From NCBI RefSeq assembly GCF_009914755.1, contig NC_060931.1: a DNA stretch of 64,000 bases, one strand, 5' to 3'. Below are positions 29,735 to 45,369 of this stretch, piece by piece. Source of the stretch: the human T2T-CHM13v2.0 reference genome, Homo sapiens. A model generated the notes under the pieces. That model saw only the letters and a program-made list of their open reading frames with translations. It was not told the DNA's origin and did not search any database. Every line of letters starts with the position of its first letter. Within the stretch, counting starts at the first letter, position 1. The position numbers were made by a program, and so were the translations under genes.

Positions 29735-30610
29735 ATGCCTTGGTTCAGGGTTCTTCCTAGAAATAACCTCTAAATCAAGGATTATCACATTCAAGAAGTT
29801 CAGTGGGAAGGTGAGGCCAAGAACACTATGCGGGGAGTGGGAATTAAAATGTATTAGTCCTTGTTCTTCAAGAAACAGACACCATGTTGGGAATAAACAT
29901 GAAAGGACTTGATTAGGGAAAATACCTGTGTGGGGAAAAAAAACAGAGTGCCTGGGATGTTAGCAGATTAAAACTTTAAGTCTGCTCCCAGTGGAAGGAA
30001 ATATGCTTGGGTGACTTCTAGGGTATGAAAAAGTTCTTCAGGAAGTCCTTGAACCAGAGCTGGCTACCAGCAAGGTCCCACACCTGCCAGGGCGAGGCCT
30101 GCGCTAGTATCCCTGCCATACTCCCGTTATTGGCTAGGAGTAGGAAGGTGTGATTGCACGCAAACGCTGCCATGGATTCCAAAGCACAGCAGCAGAGGCC
30201 TTCATTGTTCCTCTCTAGGTACTTGGAGTTCTTCCAGGGCGTTACCGTGACTACCCTATGAGATATGGAAGGTAAGGGAAGCCAATACAGGATGTGCTGT
30301 TAATCAAGTGACCAGTGTGGGCCCTGGGAAATCAGAAAGACAGGGTGGAACATGTGCCTCAAAGTTATCCTATCTTAGGGTTGAGGGCTGGGGTATTTAT
30401 CTGCCAAGTCCCACTGGTGAGTTCTCTAGGGCTGTGGGTGGGGACAAACATTCCATGAAACCCCCAGGCTGCCATACACCCAGACAGGCTGCAGCAAAAG
30501 CCCTCAGGCAGCTAACGTAGGTGCTTGCAATTGAAAGTCAGGCTGGTGGGCACAGATACAGCCAGTGCCAAGAGGATATGGGCAGGACCCCAACAGAGTC
30601 TGCTGCAATG
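29735..30610 (-). mobile_element. Nested old ERVL LTRs (LTR16-family-like)
   Basis: Outer LTR (ggggagtgggaa...gggaagccaatacagg...ggggtatttatc) interrupted at ~29850-30258 by a second LTR starting tgtattagtcc. Confidence 0.5.
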
Positions 30611-32719
30611 CATGGGAAAGATGGTGGCAATGTCAATGGAGGTCCATATGGTCCCTCTCCGCAGTTCTTCCTCCAGCATCAATGCCATTTGGAATAATCT
30701 TCCAAAGACAGAGCACAGTCAGGATTAGTTATGTGTAGATGTTTTAACAGTAAAAATACTATGGGCTTCACCTACCCCTGGCTGTTGACTTTTTCAAAGT
30801 AGTGCAGAAATCTTAGGACAGCCTCCTGCCAAAGAGTTACATTTATTCCTATCACTGCCCACTGCAAGGCTTTAATAGCCCTTTTCTCTTTCTTTATGAG
30901 ATGCATTGAAAAGACTATCTAAAAGCTAAATAATTAGGAAAGAATATCAACAGGAAAGACCTAATAGACTGGAAGGTAGGAAACAAAGCACAGGACGATT
31001 AAATTTTTAAAACACAGCAGAGCTAGCATTCCAATAAGCCCTAGGAAGCCTAGCGAGCTTTCACGGAGTACACTCCAGGGGCAGATAGTGGGTATGATGG
31101 TATAGGTCTCCACAGAAGAAGATATGTAGAACAGTCTTCTGATTGGTGGGAATTGTTTGCCAAAGGCAATCTTGAACTATTTCACAGCTAGCCTGGGGTT
31201 ATGTAATCAATGGTCTTTCATAGCGGCAGAAAGTGCCAAAGCAACCAAAATTCCAAGTTCAACTGGATTTACTTGCATTTACTTACTTTACATGATGTGC
31301 CTACAAATATACAACTATCAATCATAGGTCCCAGGAATGTAGCACTTTTGCAGTATGTATCTAGAGTTACTGGCAATTGGTTCATGACATTATTGGGTTC
31401 AGGACATTCCAGAATTGCCCTAGATGCCAAGGTGTCAATTATGTACTTGGTATGAGTGTTGGGCAGAAACATCACCTCTATTGAAAGCTCAAAATGCATT
31501 CAGAAAATATTGATGAATGCTAATACTAACTTAATTGTGGAAGTGTTAGGTGTTCATCATAGGAAAACCTTCATTATCATGGATACTTTTCTCTCAGTCC
31601 TGCCTCTAGATTGATGAGAAAGAATGATCTACAATAAATTCAATTCATGCTTCTCCCGGATACAGGGTTAAATGTGAGACAGCAGCATTTTAGTTGCATT
31701 AAAAATGTCCCCAGTTATTGCTTCGGCCTCCCTCTGCTGTAAAGGCTGGATATGAGTTTGCATAGCAAGTAGCTAAACTTAAACTTTCCCACTCTTCTGA
31801 AAGATGGATAGAAAGTTTAACCAGTAAAAATATAATGCACAAAAGGTAAGTTCATTTTTAGTGCCTTGCAGCCTGCTTAGTTGGTGTAAAGAATGGACTA
31901 CTGAAAGATAGTAAAAGCAGCGAACTTAAAATTTTACTATGAGAAACATGAAATTGTCACCGAAATTTAATTTAAAAACTCACAGAATTGTTGGCATAAC
32001 AGTGACTTACAGCTTATTCATCAGAGCAAGTTAGCAGAAACCCAAATGCTATTCTCAGATATCCATTCTTTTCTCAGATATTGACTTGCGTGTTTTTACA
32101 TTCCTAATGAAATTTTTTAAAAGCAACATGTGTAGTTGTCAAGCAAGCTAAATTGGTAGCCAAATGAACCCAACGACGTGAGGCTGCATTACATTTTGTA
32201 AATCCTAAGTCATATTCAACTTGTTCTATATACTGATTTCCTTATTCCTGTTAGGAAAGGAAGTTGAAAGTTTAGACTTGTCCAGATTTCAGCTTTGAGG
32301 ATTCCTCTGTCACATGAGGCTTGGGGTGGTCTGCGTTTGTTTCAGCTTAAGAGCCATAGCAAAGATGCTTGGGGGTGTTGAAAGCAACAGCTACATTGCG
32401 GAGAAGCGAGGACAGAACTCACAGGTGTCCAGAAGGAGAGTGAGCTGTGGGAGAGAGCCTGGGAATGGGCAGCGATGGAGGAAAGGAGAAATGTTGAGGA
32501 CCCCTCACCTCCCTTGTACTTTGTTTCTTGAAGCCTAACGTTTTGTAATCTATTGTGTTGTCTTGATCATCCAGGATGAAAAATGGATCTCTAATGAATA
32601 CAATCATATCTGTAAGCTACAGATTTTACTATCAACAATATGATTTATTAGTAAAGCTGGCCACATGACACTGAATTTACTGGCCTTCGTATTAATCATA
32701 TAAAATAGTGAAGGGAGTT

Positions 32720-32960
32720 ATAGTAGGCTGATTCTGAGATGGCTCTCTGTGATCTCATTGGAAGAGAGATGTTTATTATGATATGGCAAAAGCCTAGTGC
32801 TAATGTGGTCTGCAGTTATGCTGAAAACAGAAGATATACCTGATAGACTTGGCTACATGGCTAAGGAGATTTCCAGGCAGTGGGGAAGATACTATTTTTC
32901 TCTTGCTGCTTATAGCATGATAGAAGAGCCATAAAGTGAGGGAAGAATAAAACAGGAGAG
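32720..32960 (+). mobile_element. MLT1 LTR start / internal fragment
   Basis: tagtaggctgattctgagatggc; ggctaaggagatttccaggcagtg...tcttgctgcttatag. Confidence 0.55.
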
Positions 32961-34980
32961 CATAAGGTCAAAAAAAGATACATTAAGGACATCTGGCTTT
33001 AACTCCAATGTGTAAAGTTCTTAAAAGTCATTGCTTCCACTCTTACCACAAGAAGAACCTGAGTGAACTGAAAATCAGTGACAATTCATGTATCCAAATG
33101 AGAATGAAGTTCCTACAGCAAACAGCCACCCAGAAATCTGCAAAGATAGATGAATTAGGGGAGTCACAGCTGAGATCTGTTTACCTGGTGCAGAAACCAC
33201 TAGAAACAAACTCTTGGTAGCACTTCAGTGGCAATGCTTATGATTTTCCGGAGCACTAGTGTGGAGTCGCGTGAGAGTGATAAACTCCTGGGGTCACACT
33301 CTTGGAATCCCACACAGTTGTGGATTTTACCTCCAGAAGCCCCACCAAGCTCTCACAGTAAAGAGTTGAGAAAATGCCATCATGGTCATGTGGGGCGCAT
33401 GGAAGAGAAGTTATTGTGAAATATACCCAGAATATTCTCCATGACAAAGACCTACCCTCCAGCGAGGGATAAAACCTTTAGCAGAGACTTATCCCACTTG
33501 AGGGAAGGTCACTTTTCTTACTCTGGACACCAATATCCTTCCTGTTCCTTGTAAGGGGAGAAGCAAAGCTAAGAAATGCTTGTAAGGGACATAGACCCCC
33601 TAAAAGACTGTGATGTAATCATAAGAGTATAGAATACTTCCCCTATGCCAACCTTCTCACCACACTAACAGGGCTCCAATGTAACTGTGGATTACACCTA
33701 AAAGAGCCAGAAAACACAGACTCTCTGTGGAGGCGTATATAAGGATGCCCAAAGTCAAGAGTGGAGACAAGATAAGGATACTAGAGGAATTTGAAGCCAC
33801 CGCTACCTACATCTACAGCAAACATTATATATAGCTTGATTCCCAGCCAGATTAATAATAACAACAAAAAATGCTCACTAAAGGCCTGTTTGCCTCACTG
33901 ATTACTATTCAATACATTATGTATGGGTTTTAATGGAAAATTTTAAGGTATCCCAAAAGGCAAGAAAAAGCAAGTCAGAAAGACAAAGCAAGCATCAGAA
34001 CCAGACTCAGATTTGACACAAATTTGGAAATTATCAGATAGAGAATTTAAAATAACTATGTTTTAGATTTTAAAGACTCTAATGGAGGAAATAGTCAACA
34101 TGCAAAAATAGATGTGTAATGTAAGAAGAGTGATGGCAACTCTAGGAAACAATCAAAAGGAAATGCTAGAAATAATAAAAATCACTGACATAAATAAAGA
34201 ATGTCTTCAATAGTTTCATCAACAGAACAAGTTTGAGGAAAGAATGAGTAAGCTTGAAGATAAGTCAACAGAAATAATTTCGAAAGTATAATATACATCT
34301 ATTTGGAATACCAGAAGGAGAAGAACAAGAACAAGAAACTAAAGAAATATTTGAAGTAACACTGTCAGAGGATTTTCCCAAATTAACCACAGCAAATCAC
34401 AAGTCAAGAAGTAGAGAACAGTAAACAGGAGAAATACCAAAACAATTATACACAAACTTCAGAAAACCAAAGACAAAAAGAAAATCTTCAAAGGAGTCAG
34501 AGAAAAAGTAACCTGACTTACAGCAAAACAGGACAAGAATTAAATTAGACTTCCCATCAGAAACACAGAAGCAAGAAGACTGGAGTGAAGTATTTAAATG
34601 CTAAAATAAAGAAAAAAATACAAACTTGAGAAATAAAGACTTCCTCAGACAAATGCTGAGGGAAATAATCACCATCAGACCTTCCCTGTAAGAAAATATT
34701 AAAAGAAGTTCCTCACGGAAAAGGAAGGTGATAAAGGTCAGAAACTCAAATCTGCGTAACAAAGGAAGAGTGCCAAAGAAGGAATAAATAAAGGTAAAAG
34801 AAAATCTTTTTTTTCTTTTCTTATTCTTAATTGATCTAAAAATAACTATTTAAAGTAATAATACGATGATGGTATCATATGATGAGTGAAGTGAATGACA
34901 GCAATGATGGTGGCATAGTGTCATTTAAAGGTGGAGTTAGATTACTTAAAATGTATGTTGGAAACTCAGGCTACCATTAA

Positions 34981-35287
<307 letters not shown>

Positions 35288-36175
35288 TTAAAATATTTTT
35301 AAAATATGTATAATTAATATGCTAAAAAAGAAGATAAAATTGTGCAAAATGTCCTATTAAAATCAGAAAAGGCAGAAAAGTAGGAAAAGTAAAAAATAAA
35401 GAACAATTATAGCAAATAGAAAACAGTTTAAATATGGTGGATATTAACCTAATAATATCAATAGTCATTTTAAATCTAAATGGTGTAAAGAAGCCAATTT
35501 GAAGACAAAGGTGTTCATAGTGGTAAAAAAATCCAACTATATTTAATCTACAGGAAACTCATTAGAAATATACAGACATAGGTCAAAAGTAAAGGTTTTA
35601 AGAAATATAAATCTTGTTAACACTAATTTTTAAAATTGCATAGAACTTTATTAGCTGTGAACAAAGAAGATAGCAGAGCAAGAAAAATTACAAGGGAAAA
35701 GAGGTGCATTACATAACGATAAAGGGATCAATTCTCAAAAAAGACAACAATCTTAAACATTTATTCACCTAACAACAGAGCAAAAACACCTAAAAATGAT
35801 GCAAAAGCTGATGGAACTAAAGGGAGAAATATACAAATTCACCATTGCAGTTGGAGACTTCAAACTTCTTTTTCAGTAATTCATAGCTCAGCAGGTAGAA
35901 AATCAGTGAATACAGTTGACTTGAGGAACACTATCAATCAATATGATATAATTGACATTTATATAATAAAATACTACCTACAAACAGCATAACATATGTT
36001 CTTCCCAAGCTTCTATAGAACATACAGCAAGATAGGTCACATTCTGGGCCATAAAACACATAGGAACAAATGTAGAACAATAAAAATTATAGGAAATATA
36101 TTATCAGGTCACAGTGGAATTAAACTAGAAATCGGGAACAGAAAAGTAGCTAGACAATCCCAAATATTTGGAGAT

Positions 36176-36602
36176 TGTCTTAACTGGTTTAGTGTAGCTA
36201 TAAAAGAATACATGAAGCTGGATAATTTATGAAGAAAAGAGGTTTATTTGGCTCACAGTTCTATAGGCTATACGAGATGCATCGTGCCACCATTTTCCTG
36301 GAGCCCTTCAGGAAGCTTCCACTCATGGCAGAAGGTGAAGGGCAGCCAGCATGTTCAGTGATCACATGGTGAGAGAGAAGGCAAGAGAGAGAAGAGGGAG
36401 GGGTCAGGCTCTATTTAACATCCAGCTTTTGTGGGAACAAATGGAGTGAGAACGTGCTCATCCACTCACCAAGGGAGGGCATTACTCTATTCAGGAGAGA
36501 TCCACCTCCAAGACCCAAATGCCTCCCATGAAGCCCCATCTCCAACACTGGGATCAAATTTGAATGTGAGATTTTGAGGCAACAATCATTTAACCTATAG
36601 CA
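36176..36602 (-). mobile_element. MST-type solo LTR inside L1
   Basis: tg...ca termini; perfect 5-bp TSD gagat (36171-36175, 36603-36607). Confidence 0.9.
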
Positions 36603-37086
36603 GAGATTAAATAACACAATTCTAAATATCGCATGATCTAAATAAGTAGGCTCAAGAGAAATATAAATATTTTGAATTAAAGAAAAATGAAAATGCAATT
36701 TATCAAAATTTGTAGGATGCAATGAAAGCAGTGCTTAGACAGAAATTAATAGTATTACTGAATATATAAGAGAAGAAGAAAGATCCAAAGTTGATTATTT
36801 GAAGTTATAGAAGAAAAGCATAAAAAAATTAGAGCAGAAATTGATAACATCTAAAACAGGAAAACAATTGAGAAAATCAAAGAAATGAAATGCTGTTCTT
36901 TAAAAAATCAATAAAATTAATTGATAAATCTCTAGTTAAGGTAACCAAGAAAAAAATAAATGTACTACAAATTGACAATATCAGAAATGAAAACAGGGTC
37001 ATAGCTACTGATGCTATGGACATAAAAAGAAATATGCAAAAATACTAGAAACAACTCTGCATGCCCACAAATTTGATGGCTGAGAT

Positions 37087-37419
37087 CACTGGTCCCCAGC
37101 ATTTTTGACACTAGGGACTGGTTTTGTGGAAGATAATTTTTCCCTGCACAGGAAGGTGGTGCGGTGGGAAGGTTTTGGGATGAAACTGTTCCACCTCAGA
37201 TCATCATGCATTGGTTAGGTTCTTATAAGGAGCATGCAACCTAGATCCCTTGCATGCAGGCAGTTCACAATAGGGCTTGCGCTCCTATGAGAATTTGATG
37301 GGAGGGGGAGCTCAGGCGGTAATGCTCACTCACCCACTACTCACCTCCTGCTGTGTGGCCCTTTTACTAACAGGCCATGGATTGGTACCTGTCCATTGCT
37401 CAAGGGTTGAGGACCTCTG
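37087..37419 (+). mobile_element. MER1B hAT-Charlie transposon inside L1
   Basis: Typical interior (gatgaaactgttccacctcagatcatca); 8-bp TSD gctgagat/gcttagat. Confidence 0.9.
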
Positions 37420-37570
37420 GCTTAGATGAAATGCACCAATTCCATGAAATAGACCAACTTGTACAAGAAGAAATGGATTATCTTGACAGGTGTATTTGTA
37501 TTAAAGACACTGAACATAACTAATAACCTTCCAAAAAGAAAACAGCAGGCCCAAATGGTTTCATTAGAAA

Positions 37571-37890
<320 letters not shown>

Positions 37891-38033
37891 TAGAAAATTC
37901 TGCCAAGTATTTTAAAAAGACTCAACCAAATCCTCTATAATATCTTCCAGATAATAAAAACAGAAAGAGCAGCAAGTGGAATTTATTCTAGGAATGTATG
38001 ACTGGTTTAACATTTAAAAATTAATTACTCTAA

Positions 38034-38340
38034 GGCTGGGCATAGTGGCTCACGCCTGTTATCCCAGCACTTTGGGAGGCTGAGGCAGGTAGATTACCTG
38101 AGGTTGGAGTTTGAGACCAGCCTGGCCAACATGGTGAAACCCTGTCTCTACTAAAAATACAAAAAAAAAAAAAAAATTAGCTGTGTGTGGTGGTGCGCGC
38201 CTGTAGTACCAGCTACTCAGGAGGCTGAGTCAGGAGAATTGTTTGAACGTGGGAGGCGGAGGTTGCAGTGAGCTGAGATCTCACCACTGCACTCCAGCCT
38301 GGGTGACAGAGTGAAACTCAATCTCAAAAATAAAAAAAGA
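38034..38340 (+). mobile_element. AluS inside L1
   Basis: Full dimer; degenerate TSD ending actctaa. Confidence 0.95.
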
Positions 38341-39031
38341 TTCACTCTAATACGCTACATCAACAAGTTAGAGAAAACAAAATATATCATCATACCAATA
38401 GATGTGGAGAAAGCATTTGATAAAAACCAGCACCCATTAATGATAAAAACTTTCAGAAAATTAGGAATAGAGGGGGACTTCCACAAATTGGTAAAGAACA
38501 TCTACAAAAACCTACAGCTAACATGACAGCTAATGGCCAGACACTGGATGCTTTCCCTTTAAGACAAAGAGCAAGACAAGTTGCTTCTTCTCACCACTCC
38601 TATTCAACATCATACAGGAATTTCTAGCTTGTGCAATAAAACAGGAAAATGAACAAATATATAACAGATTGGAAGGAAGAATAAAAACTGTCTTTTTTTA
38701 AGCAGATAACATGACTGTCTATCAAGAAAGTTCCAAAGATTCTACTTTGAAAAAGTCAACAAAATGGGCATTCTGAAAATAATTTGTAGTATAACAAATT
38801 TACAGGATACACAATCATGTGTATATAGTATTATATGAATACATAATTTGTATTGTTACTATATGTATAATTTGCACCATTACTATACATATAGTAGTAT
38901 AGCAAAGTTACAGGATACACACTGTCTCTCTCTCTATATATATACAAATATTTGTATTTGTATTGTTACTATATATAGTATTATACATAAATTTTGTATT
39001 ATTATATGTTTGCATAATTTGTATGTTACTA

Positions 39032-39487
39032 TGTATTTTTAAATTTTTTTATTGTTGCTGTAGTAAACTACCATAGGACTAGTGTTTTAAAACAGAATGA
39101 ATTCATTGTTACAGTTACAGAAGTCAGAAGCCCAAATACAGTCTGCCTGAACCAAAGCCAGGGTCAGCAAGGTTCCTTTCCACTGCTTTTGCCAACTTCT
39201 AGAGGCCACCTGTATTCCTTGGTTCATGGCCCCTCTCTTCATCATCAAATGATCAGCATAGCTTTATGACATCAGCAGCTCTGATTTTGCTCTCTTGCCT
39301 TCCTCTTATGTAGACCCTTGTAATTACATTGGGTACACCCAGATAACCCCAAATAATCTCCCTATCTCAAGATTCTTAATGTAATTATATCGGGAAAGTC
39401 CCTTTTGTCATAAAAGATAACATAGCAACGGATTCCAAGGATTAGTATGTGAGTTTCTTTTGAGGGGCTATAATTAACCCTACCACA
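39032..39487 (-). mobile_element. MLT1B/C-type LTR inside L1
   Basis: cttctagaggccacctgtattccttggttcatggcccc...ccttgtaattacattggg...cctaccaca. Confidence 0.8.
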
Positions 39488-40368
39488 ATATAGAAATGTC
39501 TATTGTTTTTCTATATACCAGAAATAAGACATTAGGATGTGAAATTAATAACATAACACCACTTGCGGTATCACCAAAAATAAAATAACTAGGCATACAT
39601 ATGGAAAAATGTGAACAGGAACTATGTGCAGAAAACTATAAAACTCAGGTGAAAGAAATCAAAGTAAAGCTCAATATCGAGAATGATAGTCCATGTTCAT
39701 GAATGGGAACACTCAATAATATTAAGATGTCAATTATCCCAGACTTTGTCTACAGATTTACTGGAATTACAATCCAAATCTCTGCAAGTCCTTTTGTAGA
39801 TATCAACAAACAGAAGCTAAAATATAAGGGAAGGACAAAGACCTTCCTAGAATTGGCCTAGAATAGTCAATACACTACTGAAGAAGAACAAAGTTGAGCC
39901 CTTTTATTACCAAATTTCAAGACTCACTATAAAGCTATAATAATCAAGACAGCATGTATTTAAAAGAATAGGTAGATAGGTCAATGAAACAGAATTGAGA
40001 GCCCAGAAATTAATCTATGCAGAGTCTGCTGATCTTTAACAAAGGAACAAAGGCAAGTCAATGAAAAAAAAAAGTCTTTTCAAAAATGGGGCTGGAATAA
40101 TTGGACACACATGTACCAAAAAAAAAAAAAACCCCAGACACAAACCTTATACCTTTCACGAAAATTAACTGAAAACTTATCAGGGCCCTAATTATAAAAT
40201 ACAAAATGATAAAACTTCTAGAAGTAAACATAAGAGAAAATCTAGGGTTTTGTGATAAAGTTTTTGATAGAACAGCAAAATCATGATCCATGAAAGAAAA
40301 AATTCATACGTTGTACAATATTTTAAAATTAAAAACATCTACTCTGTGAAAGATACTTTTAAAAGAAT

Positions 40369-40826
40369 CATGGATGGAGCTGGAGGACATTATGCTAAGT
40401 GAAATAAGCCAGGTACCAAAAAACAAATATTGTATAATCTCATTTATATGTGGAATCTAAAAGAAATTGATCTCATAGAAACAGAACGAAAAAAGGTAGT
40501 TACTGGGGCTAAAAACGAAGGAGAGAAATGGGAAAGGAGAAGATATGGATCAAAGGGTACCAAGTCTCCCTTAGACTGGAGAAATAAATTTAAGTGATCT
40601 ATTGCACTGCATGATGGCCACACCTGATAATAACATGTTGCATATTTCAAAATCACTAAAAGAATAGATTTTTAACATTCTCAACACACACACACAATGT
40701 TAAGTTGGTGAGATGATGAATGTGTTAATTAGCTTGATTAAATCTTTCTACAATGTATATATATGTAGGTCAAAACATCACATTTTAACCCATAAATATA
40801 CACAATTGGCTAATTTAAATAAAAGC
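40369..40826 (+). mobile_element. L1MA-type 3' end inserted in older L1
   Basis: catggatggagctggaggacattatgctaagtgaaataagccag...aataaaa; the host L1 resumes afterwards. Confidence 0.8.
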
Positions 40827-41083
40827 AAGGGGAAGAATCGAAAGATAAGCCACAGACCAGAAAATATTTGCAAAATACAAATTTGCTTAATTACTTGTAC
40901 CCCAAATATATATTTAATAAACAGCTCTTAAAACTCAACAATAAGAAAACAACTCCAATATAAAATCGACAAAATATCTGAACAGACACCTCACCAAAGC
41001 AGATACACAGATGGTAAATAAACATAAGAAGATTTGCTGAACATCATTGGTGACTAGGGATTTTCAAATTAAAACGGCAATGA

Positions 41084-41393
<310 letters not shown>

Positions 41394-42768
41394 AAAACAG
41401 CAATGAGGTACTATTACACACTAATTAGAAAGGCGAAAACGCAAAAACAAGCTGGAGATACCAACGACTGGGGAGGAAGCAGAGCAATAGGAGCTCTCAC
41501 TCATTGTTTATGGGAAGGCAAAATGACATGGTCAACTTTGGAAGGCAGTTTCATGGTTTCTTAAAAAGCTAAACATACTTTCACCATATGATCCAGCAAT
41601 CACTTTCCTAGATATCTACCCAAAGGAGTTGAAACCTTACATCCACACAAAAAATCTGCATGCAAAAGTTTACAGAAGGCTGATTCACAATCAATAAAAA
41701 CTAGAAGTAACCAAGATGTTCTACAATATGTGAATGGATAAGGAAAGTGTGGTGTAGCCATAGAATGAAATATTGTTTAGTAATAAAAGGAAATGAGCTA
41801 TTAAGCCAGAAAATAGATGGATGAATCTTAAATGCATGTTGTTAATTGAAGGAAGCCCATCTGAAAAGACTGCATACTGTATGATTTCCATTATATGACA
41901 TTCTGAAAATGGCAAAAACAGTGATCATAAAAATCACCATTTTCAGGGGTTGGGGAGTGAATAGGTGAAGCTCAGAACTTTTAGGGTGGTGAAACTATTT
42001 TGTATGACACAATGTGGATGCATTACACTGAGGATAAAAAGTAAATCTTAATGTATGTAAATTTAAAATAGTATTTAGGAGGCCAGGGAATCCTAGAATG
42101 GAATGCAGAATGTGACAAAACCAACTTTATTAAAAATGCATTACACAACCTCACTGAAGAGGGAGGGAAAAAGGTGCTGACATAAGCAACTTTGGAAATG
42201 AGTCTGTAAGACACAGTGAAAAGAAACTGTACACAGCACTGCCACTGCATTCTAGTTAATAACACTGTTTCCCACTGGCTACAGGTTAAACGTTCTGATA
42301 CCACTGTACCTATAGAGTAGAACTGAACAACGAATTGGATGGTTGGTGGAAGGCAGGAGCCAGATTTACCACTGTTGGAGTGGGCATTTACAGATAAGTA
42401 AGGGAAAAGGGCTGGAATGATTCGTGTGGCAACGGATTAGAGTTGTAGACATTAGTATGAATTAATATTTGGCTGAATATAGACATACACTGTTAAATAT
42501 AGAAATATTTATAGATATTTGTGTATGACCTGGATTAGTATATACAAATACATTACCATTCTCTGTCAGCTAGAGGACTCAGAAACAGTATCACAGTAGC
42601 AATGAGCACTAGTAATGCCCAGACATTCGTTTCTAATACCATTGTCTAATAAAAATAACCAGGGCTCCTTGGAGAAGTGGCTGATTCTAGTGACAGGAAA
42701 TGTACAAGATGAGCCTGAGGCACCTTGTAGTGCCATAAAGGAAATATTCCAATCGCATGCTCGTGCAG

Positions 42769-42771
<3 letters not shown>

Positions 42772-42813
<42 letters not shown>
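42772..42813. repeat. (CA)21 microsatellite
   Basis: Perfect dinucleotide run. Confidence 0.97.
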
Positions 42814-42817
<4 letters not shown>

Positions 42818-43189
42818 TGGGGGTGTGGCCAAAGGTGCACAGAGCCACTGAAGATCACCCAGTGGCCAAAGCTGGCATAATGTGAGCAAAAATAAATAAG
42901 AGTAGTATTGAATTATAACCCAAAATATCATACAAATATTCATAAACCCATGCTTTATAGTTAAATAATAAATAAATGAATGGGTGAGAAGAGACAGATC
43001 TCCCGTAGAGCAGAATGTTAAAAATGTATGCAAACGCTCTGCCCTCAAGGAGGTGGAACACCACTCCTCACTCCTTCAGTGTAGGCTGCATGTAGACGCC
43101 TCCTTACAAAGAGTACAGTATGCAAATGAGAAAGGATAATAGTAATTTTACTGTGGAGAAACTTGACAAATACTCCCTCAGGCCAGGAA

Positions 43190-44265
43190 ATCCCAACCTT
43201 TGCCTGGCTGGATTTCAGAATTGCTTTAGAGCAGCAAATCCTTTGTGCCTCCAGTTCTCTCTTTATGGAACAGGTGTGCCTACACCTGTTATCTAATGTC
43301 CATCCCACCATTGTATGTTGAATACATGTGAGAAACTATCTTATCTCTTAACTTTTACATATCTAAACATGGAGGAAAGCTATACACAGGAAGTACACCC
43401 GAGGAGCCTCCTTCACACATGAAACTGTTTCTGATGATAGAATTCTAGACTTTGAGCTGATGCTGTAATGGAATGACTTTTGGCGATCTTGAAAGAAAGT
43501 GAGTGTATTTCACATGGGGAGAAACACAAATCATTGGAGGCCAGAGGGCTGATTGTGGAAGGCTGCTCCTGACAAGGCTTCCAACAATCCCATCCACCTG
43601 GCATTCACATTCTTGCAAAATCTCCTCCACTTGAGTGTGGGATGAACCTAGTGACTTGCATCTAATCAATTGAATAAAGCATAAGTGGTGAACTGTCACT
43701 TCCAAGATCAGGTTATACATGATTGTGATTTCCATCTTGCTTGTACTCTCTGGCTCTTCTTGAGTACTTGCCCTGATGACACTGGCTGGTGACACTCACA
43801 TGGCAAGAAAATGAAAGTATCCTCTGACCAGTGGCAAGAAAGAACGGCAGCCCTCGCTCTAGAGGCCTTTGAGGAACTGAATTCTGCCAAGAGCCACACG
43901 AGTTAACTTAGAAGCAGATCCTTCCCTAGTAGAGCCTTCTGATGAGACTACAGCCCCAGATGAAAAATTCATTGCTATCTAGTGAGATACCCTGAAGCAG
44001 AGGACAGAGCTAAGCCATGCCTGGATTCAAGATCCTCAGAAACTGAGACAATAGATGTGCTTTGTTTAAAACCTTCATGTTTTCAAATTATGGATGGTCC
44101 CCAACTTATTGTACTTTGATTTACAATTTTTTGACTTTATAATGGATTTATCATGCTGTAACTCGTTAGTTCAGGAACATCTGGACTTATGATGGGTTTA
44201 TCATGTTGTAACTCCATTGTAAGTCAAGTAGCATCTCTATTTGCTATGCAATAATAGATACCTAA
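43190..44265 (+). mobile_element. MLT1 internal 3' end plus MLT1E/F-type LTR (LTR from 43554)
   Basis: Purine tract ggaggccagagggc, then tgtgg LTR start; cttgagtgtgggatgaacctagtgacttgc; gaggaactgaattctgcca. Confidence 0.8.
44091..44237. mobile_element. MER47-like Tigger derivative inside the LTR
   Basis: TIR-like ends gatggtccccaactta / taagtcaagtagcatc; TA flanks. Confidence 0.65.
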
Positions 44266-44284
44266 GGAGTTTAAAAATTGTACT

Positions 44285-44850
44285 AACGTCTTGGGAAATG
44301 ATTTGGCAGTTTCTAAAAACAAACAAACAAACAAACAAAAAAACAACCCTGCATCTACCTTAGGATCTAATAATTCCACTTCCACATATCAATACATGAT
44401 AAATGAAAGTGTGAGTTCACAAAGAAAAACCCTGTACATGAACATTTAAAGCAGCTTGATCCATAAATAGTCAAAAACTAGAATTAACACATGTAATCAT
44501 TTGTAAGAGAATGGATAAATTAATAATGGTACATCCATACAATAGAATATTATTTAACAATAAAAAATGAACTGCTGAGACATGCAAAAACATGATGGAC
44601 CTCATAAACATTGCATTCAGTGAGGGAGTTCATAATGCATGACTTCATTTATTTGAAATTCTAGAATAAGCAAAGCTAGTCTATGGTGAAAAAATCCAAA
44701 CAGTTGTTGATTATGGGGGTAGTTTATTGGGAAGAAACATCCTTTGGGGGGTGATGGCAATGTTACCTGTCTTAACAGGGGTATGGATTATACAAATATA
44801 CATAACTGTCAAAACTGATCTGTTCATTTTACTATACATTATACCACAAT
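44285..44850 (+). mobile_element. L1ME-type 3' end
   Basis: tttggcagtttct...gaatggataaat...catccatacaatagaatattatt. Confidence 0.7.
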
Positions 44851-45369
44851 TTTTTTTAAAAAAGGAGATGGCATAAAAGAAAGCAAAGGAAAACATAGTG
44901 AAACCCCAAATTCACAATGCAGGAAATTTCAGGAAGAAAACTATTCGTGCCATGGAAGAAAAAATTGCTGTTATTTTACTAAATCATAACTGATTACATC
45001 AAAGTCAAACATATTGTCACATAAGTGACATAAAATCAATTAGACATCAATAGCATGTTTCTTATCTTTTTCTGTGCAAAGTGTTCAAGCTTGATTAATG
45101 AAATGTCTTTCCTAACGCGAGGGTGAGTCATCAAGCTCGAGATCATGATGAGCTCCTCTCAGGGCCACTGCTCAGCCTGCTCCCTTCAATCCATCTCAAG
45201 GGCCCTCTCTTCTACTATAATGGAGCTCACAGTCAAAGTGGGAGAAGGAAAATACACAAGTAATCACAGATAAATGCATGAGTAGTTGTTAGCCAGAAAA
45301 TTGGAATTGAGCAATAGTGTCTGTAAATTAATGTGAAGTGCTAGCAATTGTTGCAGGTAGTTGGTAGTA

